DNA of 64,000 nt from Octopus vulgaris (Eukaryota), in assembly GCA_951406725.2 (NCBI GenBank), contig OX597817.1:173972001-174036000 (forward strand), in the 5' to 3' direction. The notes under the pieces are model-generated. The model ran no database searches. It saw nothing but the letters and a program-made list of their open reading frames with translations, and was not told where the DNA came from. The position numbers and the translations under genes were made by a program. Every line of letters starts with the position of its first letter. Positions within the stretch are counted from its first letter, which is position 1. Shown here in pieces: positions 61,686 to 64,000 of the stretch.

Positions 61686-63156
61686 ATGATTGATTATTTA
61701 TTTTTAGAATAACATTGTAGAGTATGTGTAAAAGGTCAGATCTGGCTTCCCTGAACATAAAACAAGAATATTTGGGCCAGATGTGGCTGGTTTAAATGCT
61801 AAAGGCTTAATGTCCACTTTTCCATGCTTGCATGAGTCGGAAAGAATTCTTTGAAGCAGATTTACTAAAGCCAGATGCCCTTTTTGTCACCAACTCTCTT
61901 TCTTGTTTCCAAGCAAGGTAATATTTTCCTATGGCCAAACATGTTTGCATGGAAGATGGGCAATTAGCGACACTGCTTGTATGACAGTAGTATTTGTTTA
62001 CAACTCTCACGCAATGTCTAGACAAGGAAGAACACATACATATATGATGAACAATAAGCTTATTCAGTTTCAGTCTATCAAATCCACTCACAACGCTCTC
62101 ATTGGCTCAGGTATATAATTGAAGACACCTGCCTGAGGTACTACACAGTAGCATACTTGAGACTATATGGTTGAGAAACAAATTTCTAAACCACACAGCC
62201 ATGCCTGAGTCATAGAATAAATCCAATGGAATATGTACATTACAATCAATCATAAACTAACATTAGCAATTCATTAAAATTAGATTTGAAAATTATGTTG
62301 ATCAGTCACAGGCTTGTTAATGGTGAAATTAAAGAAAGAAATTTTTTATGACTGAAACTGCTTAGGCTTCTAATGAAAAATGACATTAGACATTATAAGT
62401 GCACATTTAAGACAGCAACATGTAACAAAGAGATTGACTGACTTGGCCTGGTCCTCTTTTATGTCTCATCTAATACTGAATTTGGACATAATATCTTAAT
62501 ATCGTTTTCCAAGGAAAATCTTAGCAATTAATTCATTCATAAAAAATAATTTACATTTCATCAATAACCACCAGCCTTTCAATTGGTAATGCAAATATGA
62601 AAGTTGTAAACTCCATGGGTCTAACTTTTACACCAGGTATACAAATACCACACATTCTGGTTGGTTGTACCTTTTGCAGTGCAACACAAAAAAAAAAAAA
62701 ACCCAAAAAATTTAAAACATTCTTTTATCAAGAATTCTCTAAAATGAAAACAGAAGCCATGTTAAGAGCAAAAATATAATGCAAACTTAAGACAGGTATT
62801 GCACTACAGCAATAAACTAAAAAACTGAATGTGGCCTTGGATAGGAGGAAACATGGTCTGAATTCAAAGGAAGGTAGCAAACTTCTTAACTACTGACCAA
62901 TGTGTGTGTCTGCTTCTCTGTTGTACTGTCCATCTGCAAGGATTATTTTTACTGCTTTATAATAGTATTCCAAATATATTTTAATGATAGTACTGTACTC
63001 ATTCTTGCAACATAACTTTGTAACTTCACAGGTTGCTAGTGTTTATCTTTTCAACTTTGATAACATTTTCCCCTCCAGTTTTGATGTTTGCACATGGTGA
63101 AGGGAACCATTTATACAGCTTGATGCTGTGCTTTAATCCTTTTGCTACCATATATA

Positions 63157-63348
63157 AAGTTAATCCAAATAAGAAAGCACAAAAAAACACAACGCGAGGA
63201 CGTGGAACAAATATAGTATTATTGGACACTCAGGAAAGAAGGAGGGTTTAACGTTTCGAGCGGAGCTCTTCGTCGGAAACATAGGAGAAGAAAAGATCCA
63301 GAGAAGGGAAGACAGAGGAAAAAAATCGCCAACGGTACACACGAGGTT
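63157..63348 (-). mobile_element. About 190-bp hammerhead-motif element nested in a family A piggyBac-like MITE (63133-63554)
   Basis: Minus strand GTTT-CCGACGA-A-GAGC-TCC-GCTC-GAAA-CGTT-AAAC (63246-63280); TA-rich sequence on both sides; host MITE is bounded by TTAA at 63133 and 63551. Confidence 0.7.
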
Positions 63349-64000
63349 ATATATATATATACTTTTTTGAAACACTGCTTTTGTTTCAGTTAATTTTGAA
63401 TATAACAAATTTCATGACAGTAATTTTGTCATAATTAAGCTGATGTTAATATGAAATTTTGATGGAAGGTTTTAGTTTAGATTGCTTGAAAGCAAGGAGG
63501 TTGTATCATAGATCTATGGGTAGTCTTGAGTTTGGTTGGTATCAAAAGGGTTAAATTTTAGGTCAAAATAAGAAATGTCATCTCAGTTGGCTGTGACAAG
63601 TGTAGTTATGAGCTGTGTTGAAAAGCACTTATGTTGACTTGATTAAAAGTATTTTAATTTTATTCTGATAGCTTCAATCAAATAAGCTTGTTTTCCTCTT
63701 GTCCATCATCAGATTAATTTATACCTGATAAACTCTTTTTTTTTTCTTCATTTAATCATAGCCATGTCTGCATTATTATTGTTAGTAGCAAAGTTTTTTT
63801 TTTTTTTATTTGTTGTACTGATGGCTTTAATATTTTATGGTGCAAACTAAGTTTGTTACAATAACTACTGTAGCTCTTATTCATTGATTGGATGTTCTTT
63901 TTTTTTTTTTTTTTATTCTACTATTTTTGCATTCAGACTGGCCAGATTCAGACTTTCACATCTACCCTACAATGTCATTCTAAAAATAAACACATCATTG

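Overview
AT-rich, repeat-dense animal genomic DNA. The SINE, RTE-LINE and MITE families resemble those I know from octopus, so a cephalopod origin is an inference. Two protein-coding genes are supported, both on the + strand. (1) A complete 9-exon mitochondrial ribosomal protein L3 gene (MRPL3; CDS 287-22501, 1122 nt spliced, 373 aa), with a GC-AG first intron. (2) The first coding exon of a heat shock transcription factor (HSF1-like, 33037-33156); I found no exon 2, so intron 1 probably exceeds 30 kb. The rest is transposon debris (tRNA-derived SINEs, RTE and CR1/Jockey-group LINEs, Penelope-like remnants, a Gypsy remnant, piggyBac-like, hAT and mariner MITEs, a maT-like transposase) and microsatellites. 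Best leads: a family of ~190-bp elements carrying minimal hammerhead-ribozyme-like motifs with in-window covariation and a shared A6U core variant; a decayed 10/50-bp minisatellite whose consensus is an array of heat shock elements 5.5 kb upstream of the HSF gene; and long inverted repeats and short hairpins in and near HSF intron 1. Everything was read by eye. Repeat boundaries are approximate; exon boundaries were checked for frame.
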